In this document: piece by piece, positions 28,175-38,174 of the stretch
How positions within the stretch are numbered: position 1 is the stretch's first letter
How the letters are laid out: each line of letters begins with the position of its first letter
Source: Chloroflexota bacterium
Lineage (GTDB): Bacteria > Chloroflexota > UBA11872 > VXOZ01
Direction: 5' to 3'
Assembly: GCA_963663275.1 (NCBI GenBank)
Contig: OY760183.1
Location: forward strand, 1,280,001-1,344,000
Length of the DNA stretch: 64,000 bases
Notes under the pieces: generated by a model
What the model was told of the DNA's origin: nothing
Database searches by the model: none
The model's input: only the letters and a program-made list of their open reading frames with translations
Translations under genes and position numbers: made by a program

Positions 28175-28390
28175 TATCAATAGGCCAGCGTGTGCACGCG
28201 ACAGGGCGCCTAACCCTGTTGCCCTATATAGGGCCGCTTTTGTACTTGCCATTCTAGCATCCAGGTTGACCGAAGGTGTCGGCGCAAGTACAATTAATAG
28301 AGAACTGATGTGTCGGGGCGGCTTCCCGGTAGAGTTGAGTTTGAAAGAAGAGGCCGCTTCCGATTTTTTGTGTAGCGTGCGAAGGAGGAG

Positions 28391-29782
28391 ATGCACGTGC
28401 AGCGGATTAGTCGACGCAAGTTTCTCTATGGCAGCGCCTTAGCCGGTCTTGGCTCGGCCTTGCTGGCCGCCTGCGGCCAGGGCATGGCCCCGGCCACCGC
28501 GCCGGCGGACGCGCCGGCAGCGGAGGATGAAGCGCCCCAGGCCGAAGAGTCGATGAGCATGGCCGACGGTCGCACCATCATTTCGTTCTGGTCGTACATC
28601 GGCTTTGGCTCCACCGGCTTGCACCCGCAGGTGCAGGGCCTTTCGGACATGGTCGTCAAGTACAACTCCGAGAATGAAGACAACATCCTCGTCGAGATCG
28701 TGCCCGGCAAGGGCACCGACGAGGCGAAGACCGCGGCCGCGGGCGGCGTGCCCCCGGCGGTGCACTGGCACGCCTGGCCGGATAGCACCAACTTCTTTGC
28801 CGCCGGTGTGACGGTGGACCACGAGGAAGAGTTGAAGCGCTTCCCGGGCTGGACCGAGCAGCGGGCCGACTACTTCGAGCCCATGACCGTCAGCACCACC
28901 TGGCAGGGCAAGCTGACCGGCCTGCCGATCAATACCAACAACAACATCATGATCTGGAACCCGGACATCCTCTCCACGGCCGGCGTCAGCGATCCGGAAG
29001 AGGGCTGGACGTGGGACGACATGCTGGAGATGGCGCAGAAGGCGGCCAATCCGCCGGAAGTCTGGGGCTGGGACTACCACCCGCGCAGCATCACCCGCTG
29101 GGACCAGGTGGCCGGCAGCGCCGGCTTCAAGTGGCTGAACGAGGAACAGACCCGTTGGAACTTCGACTCCGACGAGGCAATCTGGGCCACGCAGATGATC
29201 AGCGACTGGATGAACGCCTACCAACTCGCGCCGTATAAGGACGAGTGGGGCGGCGAGTTGTTTCACGACGGCAAGACGGTCTTCGAGTCGCAAGGCCCCT
29301 ACCGCCTGCCGACGCTGCGCAAGCGCGGCGACGTCTTCAAGGCCATCCACACGCCGATTCAGACCAAGCGCCACGCGCCCAACGGCGGCCAGAACATTGC
29401 CGTCTTCGTGCAGGCCAACGCGGACATCCTCGACGCGGGCCTGCGCTTTGCGCAGTACGCCGTTTCGGCGGACGCCCAGGTCTTCGTCATCACGGCGTCC
29501 GGCGGCACGAACCTGCCGGTGAGCAAGTCCGTGCTGAACCACGAGGGCTACCAGGGCCTGATCGCCAACGACCCGGATTACGCCACGTTCGCGGCGGAAC
29601 TGCCCAACGGCGGCCGCTATCCCGGTCTGCCGTCCGGTTACGGCGGCTTCCAGGGCCAACTCTTCAGCGAGGGCTTCCACAAGGTCTGGCGCGGCGAGTT
29701 GACCGCCGAGGAAGGCATGAAGGTCATCCAGGACATCGCGCAGGTGCAGCTCGAGGCCGACATCGCCCGCATGGGCGGCTAA
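28391..29782 (+). CDS. ABC transporter substrate-binding lipoprotein (Tat signal)
   Basis: SRRKFL, LLAACG, WQGKLTGLP, IWNPDIL..AG..P..GWTWDD. Confidence 0.9.
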   Translation: MHVQRISRRKFLYGSALAGLGSALLAACGQGMAPATAPADAPAAEDEAPQAEESMSMADGRTIISFWSYIGFGSTGLHPQVQGLSDMVVKYNSENEDNILVEIVPGKGTDEAKTAAAGGVPPAVHWHAWPDSTNFFAAGVTVDHEEELKRFPGWTEQRADYFEPMTVSTTWQGKLTGLPINTNNNIMIWNPDILSTAGVSDPEEGWTWDDMLEMAQKAANPPEVWGWDYHPRSITRWDQVAGSAGFKWLNEEQTRWNFDSDEAIWATQMISDWMNAYQLAPYKDEWGGELFHDGKTVFESQGPYRLPTLRKRGDVFKAIHTPIQTKRHAPNGGQNIAVFVQANADILDAGLRFAQYAVSADAQVFVITASGGTNLPVSKSVLNHEGYQGLIANDPDYATFAAELPNGGRYPGLPSGYGGFQGQLFSEGFHKVWRGELTAEEGMKVIQDIAQVQLEADIARMGG

Positions 29783-29871
29783 GTCGCCCTCGGCTAGCGG
29801 CGCTGGCGAGCACTGGCGACAGCCGGGCTGCCGCCTGAGTTGCCACGCCGCTCCATAGCTTGATGGACTTC

Positions 29872-29907
29872 CAAGAAGCCAGCTAGGATAGACTAGCTGG
29901 CTTCTTG
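29872..29907 (+). terminator. Hairpin, probable terminator
   Basis: 15-bp perfect stem CAAGAAGCCAGCTAG-6 nt-CTAGCTGGCTTCTTG; weak U-tract. Confidence 0.55.
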
Positions 29908-30015
29908 CCTTAAACTGAACAGTGCACTTACAACGTCCATCGCCCGCTGCGGGATGAGACTGCGGGCTATAGGCCGCGTCTCAGTACGACAGCGCCAAAC
30001 AAGGGAAACTCATCT

Positions 30016-31062
30016 ATGGCATATCGAGTGGGTGTGATCGGCTGCGGCCGCATCGGCAGCACGATTGACGACGAGGTGCACGGCAACGCCAGTGTCATCC
30101 TGCCGTTTGCGCACACGGCGGCCTACGTGGAAGAGCCGCGCGTGCGCGTGGTTGCCGCCGCGGACGTAGATCCACAGAAGCGCGACGCCTACCGGCGGCG
30201 CTGGGGCGTGGAGCGCGTCTATGAATCCCATGAGACGCTGCTGGCGAGCGAGAGGCTGGACATCGTCAGCGTCTGCACCCGCACCGAGGAACGGCCGGCG
30301 GTGGTTGCCGCCTGCGCGGAGGCGGGCGTGAAGGTCATCTTTGCCGAAAAGCCGCTGGCGTGGTCGCTCGGCGAGGCGGAAGCGATGCTGGCCGCCTGCC
30401 GCCAACACGGCGTCAAGCTCGGCGTGGGCTGTCTCCGCCGCTGGCATCCCTTCTACCGCCAGGCAAAGCGGTTGATCGACGAGGGCGAAATCGGCGCGGT
30501 GCTTCAGATTACCGGCTATTGTGGCTCCACGCTCTCCCACGACGGCAGCCATTGGATGGACCTCATGCGCTACTTTGCCAACGACGCGCCGGTGGACTGG
30601 CTCGTGGGCGAGATGGGCAACGCGGAAGCCCTGACCGACGACCGGGACGTTCACGGCGGCAACGCCTACGTCGCGTTTCGCAACGGCGCGCGCGGGTACT
30701 TGCGCATGACGGCAACGGGCGCGGCGGTGCAGGAGTGGGACATCATCGGCGAGCGGGGGCGCATCCGGGCGCTGGACGGCGGGCGGGAGTTCGAACTCTG
30801 GCAGCGCGCCGGCGGCGGCAAGACCGACCGTCCGGTACGCGAGGCGTTTCCAAGGCCGCAGCGGCTGCCCAGCCCCACGGCGCAAGCGGTTGCCGACATG
30901 ATCGAATGCCTGGAAACCGCCAAGGAGCCGGACTGCGACGGCGCGGATGGCTACGCCGCGCTGGAAATCGCGCTCGCCATGCGGGAGTCGTACCGGCACG
31001 GCTGCGCGCGTATAGACTTCCCCTTCGAGGACAAGGACGCCAAACTGATTACGCCTACCTGA
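30016..31062 (+). CDS. Gfo/Idh/MocA family oxidoreductase
   Basis: VGVIGCGRIG, DIVSVCT, IFAEKPLA, HDGSHWMD. Confidence 0.92.
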   Translation: MAYRVGVIGCGRIGSTIDDEVHGNASVILPFAHTAAYVEEPRVRVVAAADVDPQKRDAYRRRWGVERVYESHETLLASERLDIVSVCTRTEERPAVVAACAEAGVKVIFAEKPLAWSLGEAEAMLAACRQHGVKLGVGCLRRWHPFYRQAKRLIDEGEIGAVLQITGYCGSTLSHDGSHWMDLMRYFANDAPVDWLVGEMGNAEALTDDRDVHGGNAYVAFRNGARGYLRMTATGAAVQEWDIIGERGRIRALDGGREFELWQRAGGGKTDRPVREAFPRPQRLPSPTAQAVADMIECLETAKEPDCDGADGYAALEIALAMRESYRHGCARIDFPFEDKDAKLITPT

Positions 31063-31123
31063 AATTAAGGCTGCGGAAGATGAGGTCCGGGTCTGATTTC
31101 GGCTACGTCAGAAGGAGGATGCA

Positions 31124-32245
31124 ATGACACCTGAGAAACCGCTGCGGGTCGCCATGATTGGGCTGCGCCACCCGCACGTGGGCAGTCTGGATCCGGCGCG
31201 GCCGGCGCCGGGCTACATTCATACTTTCAAGCAGATTCCCAATGTGGAGATTGTCGCCTATTGCGAGGACAGCGATTCTTCCTTGCTGGATCTGGCGCGG
31301 GCGTTCGACCCCGGCGCGCGCGTCTACACGAGCGTGGACGACCTCTTGGCAAAAGAGGATTTCGCGCTGGCGTGCGTCGTGTTGCCCGCCAACGAAATAC
31401 CGGGCGTTGGCATCAAGCTGGCCGAGGCCGGCAAGCACTTCTTCGTGGAGAAGCAATTCGCCCGCACGGCGGCGGATCTGGCGCCTTTGGTGGAGGCCGT
31501 AGAACGGAATCAGGTCAAAGCGCTGGCTGGCTACCCCTGGCGCTTTCATCCGGCGATGCGGGACTTGAAGCAACTCATCGACCAAGGGGTGTTCGGCCCG
31601 CCGCTCTCGCTGGAGAGCCGGCTGGTAACCACCCAGGTGCGGCCCGGCAGCCGCGAGCCGGCACACTTCATGTTCACCGCCGAGAACGAGGGCGGCGGCG
31701 TGCTGCACATGCTTGGCGGGCACTACATCGAGTTCATGCGGCACCTCATGCAGTGCGAGGTCAAGAGTGTCCAGGCGCTGGCGGCCCGGCCGGTGGGATA
31801 CATCGACGCGCCGCTGGAAGACGTGGCGGTGGTGGCCATGGAGTACGAGAACGGCGCGCTGGGCAGCCTGCACGCCGCGTACGCGCAACCGCCGCTTTCC
31901 GATGGATACGACTCGTGCTTCGTCTATCGCGGGTTGCACGGTTGGGCCGACTGGACGCCCGTCGGCGGCAATCGCCTGAAGGTCGTCAGCGACGCGCCCG
32001 CTTGGTCTGGCGCGCCGCGCAAGGAAATCGCCTATGCGCCTACGCCGATGGCGGTCTATGGCGGGCACCGCTGGTCCTATGAGATCATGCGGCGGTTCGT
32101 GGCGGAACTGCACACCGGACGCCCGCCCGCGGTGACGCTGGATGACGCGCTGCGCGTGTTGCAGGTCATCGAGGCGGCGTACCAGGCGGCGCGCACCGGC
32201 AAACAGGTTGAGGTGCGGTACGGCGTGAACGCGGCCGGCGCGTGA
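31124..32245 (+). CDS. Gfo/Idh/MocA family oxidoreductase
   Basis: VAMIGLRHPH, GKHFFVEKQ, GYPWRFHP, GGGVLHMLGGHYIE. Confidence 0.9.
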   Translation: MTPEKPLRVAMIGLRHPHVGSLDPARPAPGYIHTFKQIPNVEIVAYCEDSDSSLLDLARAFDPGARVYTSVDDLLAKEDFALACVVLPANEIPGVGIKLAEAGKHFFVEKQFARTAADLAPLVEAVERNQVKALAGYPWRFHPAMRDLKQLIDQGVFGPPLSLESRLVTTQVRPGSREPAHFMFTAENEGGGVLHMLGGHYIEFMRHLMQCEVKSVQALAARPVGYIDAPLEDVAVVAMEYENGALGSLHAAYAQPPLSDGYDSCFVYRGLHGWADWTPVGGNRLKVVSDAPAWSGAPRKEIAYAPTPMAVYGGHRWSYEIMRRFVAELHTGRPPAVTLDDALRVLQVIEAAYQAARTGKQVEVRYGVNAAGA

Positions 32246-32266
32246 AAATCTTGCACTCGTAAATCT

Positions 32267-32320
32267 CTGGCATTGAGGTGTAGGGGCACGACATGTCGTG
32301 CCCCTACACCTCAATGCCAG
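32267..32320. repeat. Perfect 54-bp palindrome centred on a GTAG REP
   Basis: CTGGCATTGAGGTGTAGGGGCACGACA|TGTCGTGCCCCTACACCTCAATGCCAG. Confidence 0.95.
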
Positions 32321-32589
32321 GACTGCGAACGCGCAATCCGCGTAACCGCGTCTTGTGGCGCCCCTCCATTCTCACACGGCTCTGATGCGACAGGATAGGG
32401 GACAAGCCCCAAGGCAGTAGCAATAACGTAGCGCGGCGCTGTTCCCCTCACCCCGGCCCTCTCCCCAGGGAGAGGGGGTTTTCGCAAGCTAGGGAGACGA
32501 GGTCTGCGGCGTGCGCCGCGTGGGGGCGGCTGCGGTATAATCGAAAGCGCGCTGACCGGACGCGAGTAGCGACAAAGAGGCGGACGGCT

Positions 32590-33417
32590 GTGAACGTTGG
32601 CATGTTGTACCATCCCGGGCGCGAGCAGGCGCACGCGCTGGCGACGGTGCTGCGCTCGGACATCGAGCAAGAGGGGCACGAAGCGTGGCACCTGCCGGTG
32701 GAAGCCGAGGCGGAGTGGAGCGAGCGCGTGCCCGCGGCGGACCTCCTCTTTACCCTGGGCGGCGACGGCAGCATTCTGCGCGCCGCGCCGCTCTGCGCGC
32801 AGCACGATGTCCCCATCGTGGGCGTGAAGTTTGGGCGGCTGGGATTTCTCTCGGAACTCCTGCCCACGGAGGCAATCCAGACCCTGCCCCGGTTCCTCAA
32901 CCGTGAGTACTGGATCGAAGAGCGCACCATGCTCGATTGCCAGATCGAGGGCGCGAGCCAGAAAACCGCGGCCCTCAACGAGGCGGTGATCAGCCAGGGA
33001 CACGCGCGGCGCGTGCTGGACATCAAAGTGTGGATCGACGACGCCTATCTGGCCGATTACGTCGCGGACGGCCTGATCATTGCCACCGCCACCGGGTCTA
33101 CGGCGTACTCCATGGTGGCCGGCGGGCCGATCCTGCACCCGGAAGTGCGCAACATGCTCATCATTCCCATGTGCGCGTTGCGCGGGCCGACCACGCCGTT
33201 CGTCCTGCGCCAGTCGGCGCGGCTGCGGTTGCAGGTATTTCACCAGCACGAAGCGGTGGTTACGATCGACGGCCTGCCGGTGGGCGACCTGGCCAACGAG
33301 GGCATGATGCACCTGACCACCGCCACGCAGACCTGCAAGTTCGCCCGCGTGCAGGAGCGCACCTACTTCTACGAGACGCTGGTGCGCAAGCTGGGAATTC
33401 CCCTGGACAACGCCTAG
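32590..33417 (+). CDS. nadK: NAD(+) kinase
   Basis: LGGDGSIL, GRLGFL, ALNE, ADGLIIATATGSTAYS; TATAAT at 32536-32541. Confidence 0.95.
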   Translation: MNVGMLYHPGREQAHALATVLRSDIEQEGHEAWHLPVEAEAEWSERVPAADLLFTLGGDGSILRAAPLCAQHDVPIVGVKFGRLGFLSELLPTEAIQTLPRFLNREYWIEERTMLDCQIEGASQKTAALNEAVISQGHARRVLDIKVWIDDAYLADYVADGLIIATATGSTAYSMVAGGPILHPEVRNMLIIPMCALRGPTTPFVLRQSARLRLQVFHQHEAVVTIDGLPVGDLANEGMMHLTTATQTCKFARVQERTYFYETLVRKLGIPLDNA

Positions 33418-33425
33418 GATGCGCC

Positions 33426-35240
33426 ATGCTGGAGCGCCTGGAAATCCAAGACTTCGCCCTCATCGACGCGGTGCGGGTGGAGTTCGGCGCGGGTTTCAAC
33501 GTGCTTACCGGCGAGACTGGCGCCGGCAAGTCGATCGTCATCGACGCCATTGGCGCGCTGCTCGGCAACCGCGTGGGAGCCGCCGACGTCCGCAGCGGCG
33601 CGGCCGCGGCGCGTGTGGCCGGCACGTTCGCGCTGGGCGCGATGCGCCCGGCCCTGAAGGCGGCGCTGGATGAGGCCGGCATCGCTCCGGATAGCGACGG
33701 CCGCTTGCTGCTCTCCCGCGAAATCGCGGCCTCCGGCCGTACCACCGCCCGCATCCAGGGGCGCGCCCTGTCCGTGGGCGCGTTGCAACAGGTGGCGCGC
33801 CTGCTGGTCGATATTCACGGCCAGGGCGAGAATCTCTCGCTGCTGCGCTCCAACTTGCAGTTGGACTTCCTCGATCGCTTCGCCGGCCTGGATGAATTGC
33901 GGCAGGGGATGGGGCAAGCCTGGCGGGCTTTGCAGGCGGCGCAAGCGGAACTGCGGCATCTCCGGCGGGATACGCGGGAGTTGGCGCAGCGCGCCGACCT
34001 GCTGGCCTTTCAGATTCAGGAGATTGCCGACGCGGGGCTGGCGCCGGACGAAGAGGACGCCCTGCGCGCCGAGTACCGGCGGCTGCGGCACAGCACGGAG
34101 TTGGTGGAACTCACCAGCGGCGTGCTCCAGGCGCTCAGCGACGCCGCCGAACCCGCCCGGCCCGCCAGCGCGTGGGTGGATGAGGCGGTCAGGGCGCTCC
34201 AACGCCTGGCCGAGCTTGATCCTGAAGCGGAGCCGCACCTGCGCGCCGGCGAGGAAATCTCGGCGCGGTTGGAGGAACTGGTGGCGGACGCGCGCCGCTA
34301 TGCCGAGGGCCTGGAGCAGGAGCCGGGGCGCCTGCTGGAGGTGGAGGCGCGGCTCGACGTTATCGAGAGTTTGAAACGCAAGTACGGCGATAGCGTCGCG
34401 GAAATCCTGGCCTATGCCGACGCCGCGGCGGCGGAACTGGCGGGCATTCAGACCGGCGAAGACCGGGCCGTAGACCTGGCCGCGCAGGTGGAAGCGCTCA
34501 CCGGCGAGGCCGCCGCGCGCGCCGCCGCGCTTTCCGCCCGGCGAAAGGCCGGCGCGCCGGACCTGGTTGCCGCCGTGCATCGCGAACTGGCGCTGCTCAA
34601 TATGCCAAACCTGGCGTTCGACGCGGCCGTGACCCAGGAGGAAGCGCCCGAGGGCGTCCAGGTGGAGACCGAGGAGGGCCCCCGCCCGCTGCTGTGCGGG
34701 CCGAGCGGCATCGATACGGTGGCGTTCCTCATCAGCCCGAATCCGGGCGAACCGCTGAAGCCGCTGGCAACGATCGCTTCCGGCGGCGAGGCGTCACGCC
34801 TGCTGCTGGCCCTCAAGTCGGCGCTGGCCCACGCGGACGAGACGCCGGTGCTGGTCTTCGACGAAATCGAGATCGGCGTGGGCGGCCGCAGCGGCGCGGT
34901 GCTGGGCGAGAAGATGTGGAGCCTGGTGCGCAACCACCAGGTGATCTGCGTGACCCACCTGCCCCAGGTGGCGGCCTACGCTGACCACCACTTCTTCATC
35001 CGCAAGGAAACGGACGGCGAGCGCACGACGACCCAGGTGAACGCCCTGGCGGACGACCCGCAAGTGGCGGAATTGGCGGCGATGAGCGGCTCTTCCGGTT
35101 CGGCGGCGGCGCGCGGCATGAGGGAACTGCGCGCCCGGGCGCAACGGTGGAAAGCCGAACGACAGGAGAAACCCGCCTCTCCGCCGCAATCTTCCCCCTC
35201 ACCCCGGCCCTCTCCCCAGGGAGAGGGGGCAGGAAGGTAG
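33426..35240 (+). CDS. recN: DNA repair protein RecN
   Basis: LTGETGAGKS, IHGQ, IASGGEASR, VFDEIE.GVGG, VTHLPQVAA; follows nadK. Confidence 0.96.
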   Translation: MLERLEIQDFALIDAVRVEFGAGFNVLTGETGAGKSIVIDAIGALLGNRVGAADVRSGAAAARVAGTFALGAMRPALKAALDEAGIAPDSDGRLLLSREIAASGRTTARIQGRALSVGALQQVARLLVDIHGQGENLSLLRSNLQLDFLDRFAGLDELRQGMGQAWRALQAAQAELRHLRRDTRELAQRADLLAFQIQEIADAGLAPDEEDALRAEYRRLRHSTELVELTSGVLQALSDAAEPARPASAWVDEAVRALQRLAELDPEAEPHLRAGEEISARLEELVADARRYAEGLEQEPGRLLEVEARLDVIESLKRKYGDSVAEILAYADAAAAELAGIQTGEDRAVDLAAQVEALTGEAAARAAALSARRKAGAPDLVAAVHRELALLNMPNLAFDAAVTQEEAPEGVQVETEEGPRPLLCGPSGIDTVAFLISPNPGEPLKPLATIASGGEASRLLLALKSALAHADETPVLVFDEIEIGVGGRSGAVLGEKMWSLVRNHQVICVTHLPQVAAYADHHFFIRKETDGERTTTQVNALADDPQVAELAAMSGSSGSAAARGMRELRARAQRWKAERQEKPASPPQSSPSPRPSPQGEGAGR

Positions 35241-35264
35241 CCGGACGCTTCCTTTCGACCCCAG

Positions 35265-35561
35265 GAGACTCTTGCATAACCCCTTCCCCATTGAGGGCTT
35301 ACAGGGGTAGGCATTCTACATCCGACTTCTCGTGTCATTCCGAGCGGAGCGCAGCGGAGAGAGGAATCTAAGGCTCTCGCTGCAAAACGTCGGTTCTAGA
35401 TTCCTCGCTCCGCTCGGAATGACAGTTGCCTACCCCTGTCAGCCCATTGAGGGGGAAGGTTGGGATGGGGGGTGAAACGAATTGACTTCATGCTATCTTT
35501 AGTTGTAAAGGCACCCTGGATTCCGGCTTTCACCGGAATGACAGAGTTACGCAAAGGTTTC
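35265..35561. mobile_element. MITE family A carrying a nested family C element
   Basis: Ends GAGACTCTTGCATAAC / GTTACGCAAAGGTTTC flanked by CCCAG; the uninterrupted form is at 51921-52061. Confidence 0.8.
35297..35443. mobile_element. MITE family C (147 bp, TIR GCTGACAGGGGTA) nested in family A
   Basis: GCTTACAGGGGTAGGC...GCCTACCCCTGTCAGC with direct repeat CCATTGAGG (35288-35296, 35444-35452). Confidence 0.8.
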
Positions 35562-35662
35562 CCCAGGGAGAGGGGGCAGAAGCGTAGCCTCTCTCTTGAA
35601 GACCCTTGTATTGCCTTGGCGGGGTTTGCGTTGCGGGGTGGATGGTCTGCGCGATGCGTCCG

Positions 35663-36460
35663 CTATTCGTCGTGGTGGTCTACGCGGGGGCCGTAGGGTA
35701 GGGTGCGCAGGTCGTCCACGATTTCTATGAGCGCCTGGCTTACAGTTTCTAGGATGCGTTCGCCTTTCCAGGCCACGCCGAGGGTGGGATCGCCGCCGGT
35801 GCCGTCTTGCGACATCTTGCTCAGGTAGTCCACGTACTTCACCGGCGAGCCGCCCATCAGGTCGCGGTAGTGCCACTTGGTGCGCACCCGGTAGTCGGCC
35901 CGCGCCTTGTCCATCTGCACCCGCGCCGGATCCAGCGCCAGGTAGATGGACGTCTCGAACTCACCGGCGTGGTCCATGCCGCCGGGATATTCGGACTCGC
36001 GCCACTGCGCAACCTCTTCCTGCGCTAAGTCCCAGTAGGAAACCACGGCGCAGGCGGCGTCGGCGTGCAGCGTAGCGAGGCGCGCGGAGACTTGCAGCAG
36101 CGGGTCGTTGGAGGCGTGTCCATTGACGAAGAGCACGATGGGAAAGCGGTGGTGGGCGAAACTCACCGCTACGTCGTAGCAGTAGTCGATGAAGCGCTGC
36201 GCCTGCACGGAGATGGTGCCGGGAAAGTCCAGGTTGTGCTCGTTGAAGCCGTAGTGGATCGGCGGCGCGCAGAGGAGTCTGTCCGGCGCGGCCTGCGCGG
36301 CGCGCTCGCAGACGGCAAGCGCCGCCACGTTGTCCGTGTCGATCGGCAGGTGCGGGCCGTGCTGCTCGATAGCCGCCACCGGCAGCAGAATTGCCTTCTT
36401 CTCCCGCGCCGCCTCGCGCACCTCCGGCCACGTCAATTTTGCGTAGCGCCATTCCGCCAT
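35663..36460 (-). CDS. Creatininase / MftE family amidohydrolase
   Basis: LPVAAIEQHGPHLPIDTD, EHNLDFPGTI, VNGHASN, DHAGEFETS. Confidence 0.92.
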   Translation of the reverse strand: MAEWRYAKLTWPEVREAAREKKAILLPVAAIEQHGPHLPIDTDNVAALAVCERAAQAAPDRLLCAPPIHYGFNEHNLDFPGTISVQAQRFIDYCYDVAVSFAHHRFPIVLFVNGHASNDPLLQVSARLATLHADAACAVVSYWDLAQEEVAQWRESEYPGGMDHAGEFETSIYLALDPARVQMDKARADYRVRTKWHYRDLMGGSPVKYVDYLSKMSQDGTGGDPTLGVAWKGERILETVSQALIEIVDDLRTLPYGPRVDHHDE

Positions 36461-36611
36461 GGCTTGCCTTTCCGTACAAGCGCTCCGTGGTGTGCCGCTT
36501 CTGGTCTCAGTATAGAGAAGCGCGGCAAGTCGCGGTTGCCTTAACGCCAGGAAAGAGTTTACAGTTGTGCCCAGATAGACCGCGTGTCTCATGAAGTGGA
36601 AGGAGAAATCA

Positions 36612-37976
36612 ATGAGAGACCGCATCCTGAGACGGACGTTTCTCGGCGGCGTTGGCCTAGCCGGAGCGGGTGCGCTGTTCGTGGCCTGCGGGCAGGCGGC
36701 GCCGATGGAAACCGCGGAGGCCCCGGCGGAAGAGGAAGCGCCCAAGGAAGAGGAAGCCCAACCGGCAGCGGCGGAAGCGGTTGAGCTTGAGGTGTGGACT
36801 ACCAGGCGCTGGGACCTCTCGCAGGGTTTGGGTCTGGAGGTCAAGCAGGAGATCGAGGCATTGGTGGAGGGCCTTACCGTCAAGGACCTGATCCCGGAAG
36901 GCAACCGCTTTACCATCTTGATCGCGGCGCAGGCGGCGGGCACCTCGCCGGACATCGGCCAGGTGGGCGTCTGGCAGAACCAGCAGGTGGCGGCCGGCGG
37001 CATCGTCGACAGCCTGGAGCAGTACTACGCCCAATCGCCGGTGATCAACAAGGACGACATCTGGCCCTCGCTGCGCATCGACATGGACCACAAGGGCCAG
37101 GTGTGGAGCATGCCCTTTGGCCCGGACGTGCGCTTCTTCTACATCCACGACAATCTCTACCTGGACGCGGGACTGGACTCGGAAAATCCGCCGGTGACGT
37201 GGACCGACCTGGAGGACGTGATTTCCAAGTCGTTCAAGGGCGGCAATACCATCGAGCAGGTGGCCTGGGGTCCGTTGTGGGCCAACCGCCACGTGTGGAT
37301 GGTGCCCATGTGGCAACTGGGCGGCGAGAACATCAACGACGACCGCACCAAGATAACCCTCAACACCGAGGAAGGCCGCGAGGGCATGGCCTGGCTGAAG
37401 AAGGTACACGACATGCAGGGCGGCTACGACGCGCTGCAAGAGTTCAAGGGCGATGAGAACGCCCGCGCCCACTTCTACGCCAGCCGTCTGGCCAATCTCT
37501 ACGACACCGGCTCCATCCGCTTCGAGAGCATCGCCAAGGAAGCGCCGGATCTGGAGTACCACTGGGGCCACTGGCCCAAGCCCGCCGACGGCGTCAACCG
37601 CACCTACGGCGGCTGTCATACGTGGGTGCTGCCCGTGGGCGCGACCCACAAGGACTTGGGCTGGACGTTCATGGAGCACTTCGGCGTGGAGGACGTGAAC
37701 GTCCGCTGGGCCAAGCACTTCGACCGCCTGCCAATCCGCGTGGACACGTCGTACAGCGAGGCGTACCACGGCGGCGATCCGTTCGTCATCCACCAGGTTG
37801 ACGTGATGGAAGGGCGGCGCTTCGTGGTCTCCGCGCCGGGCGCGAACGAGATGCTCGGCATCATGAGCGGCGGTGTGCCGGATATGCTCACCGGCAAGAC
37901 CACCATCGAGGAAGGCCTGCGGAATACAGAGGCCCAGGCGCAGACAGTGCTCGACGAGTGGCTGGCGCGCGAGTAG
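36612..37976 (+). CDS. ABC transporter substrate-binding lipoprotein (Tat signal)
   Basis: LRRTFL, FVACG, AAGTSPDI, GQVWSMPF, AGLD.ENPP.TW; AGGAG RBS. Confidence 0.9.
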   Translation: MRDRILRRTFLGGVGLAGAGALFVACGQAAPMETAEAPAEEEAPKEEEAQPAAAEAVELEVWTTRRWDLSQGLGLEVKQEIEALVEGLTVKDLIPEGNRFTILIAAQAAGTSPDIGQVGVWQNQQVAAGGIVDSLEQYYAQSPVINKDDIWPSLRIDMDHKGQVWSMPFGPDVRFFYIHDNLYLDAGLDSENPPVTWTDLEDVISKSFKGGNTIEQVAWGPLWANRHVWMVPMWQLGGENINDDRTKITLNTEEGREGMAWLKKVHDMQGGYDALQEFKGDENARAHFYASRLANLYDTGSIRFESIAKEAPDLEYHWGHWPKPADGVNRTYGGCHTWVLPVGATHKDLGWTFMEHFGVEDVNVRWAKHFDRLPIRVDTSYSEAYHGGDPFVIHQVDVMEGRRFVVSAPGANEMLGIMSGGVPDMLTGKTTIEEGLRNTEAQAQTVLDEWLARE

Positions 37977-38174
37977 GGAGCCACGCTTACCGGGCTAGCG
38001 CAGGCGCTGCAACGCACGTGCGTTCGCTCTGACGGTTGAGAAAAGGGGCATCGAGTACCTCGCTATGCGGCGGGCGTGCTGGGTGCTCCGTTGTTTATAG
38101 CGAAAGTTTGAAATCATGGGCCCTTGCCGGGCCGACTTCAAATTGGGCTCGTAAGTGTGGGGAGGAGAGGCGCA

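Noticed and set aside
32937-33425. N-terminal extension of RecN (767-aa ORF)
   Set aside because: It overlaps nadK in another frame; RecN homology starts at ATG 33426
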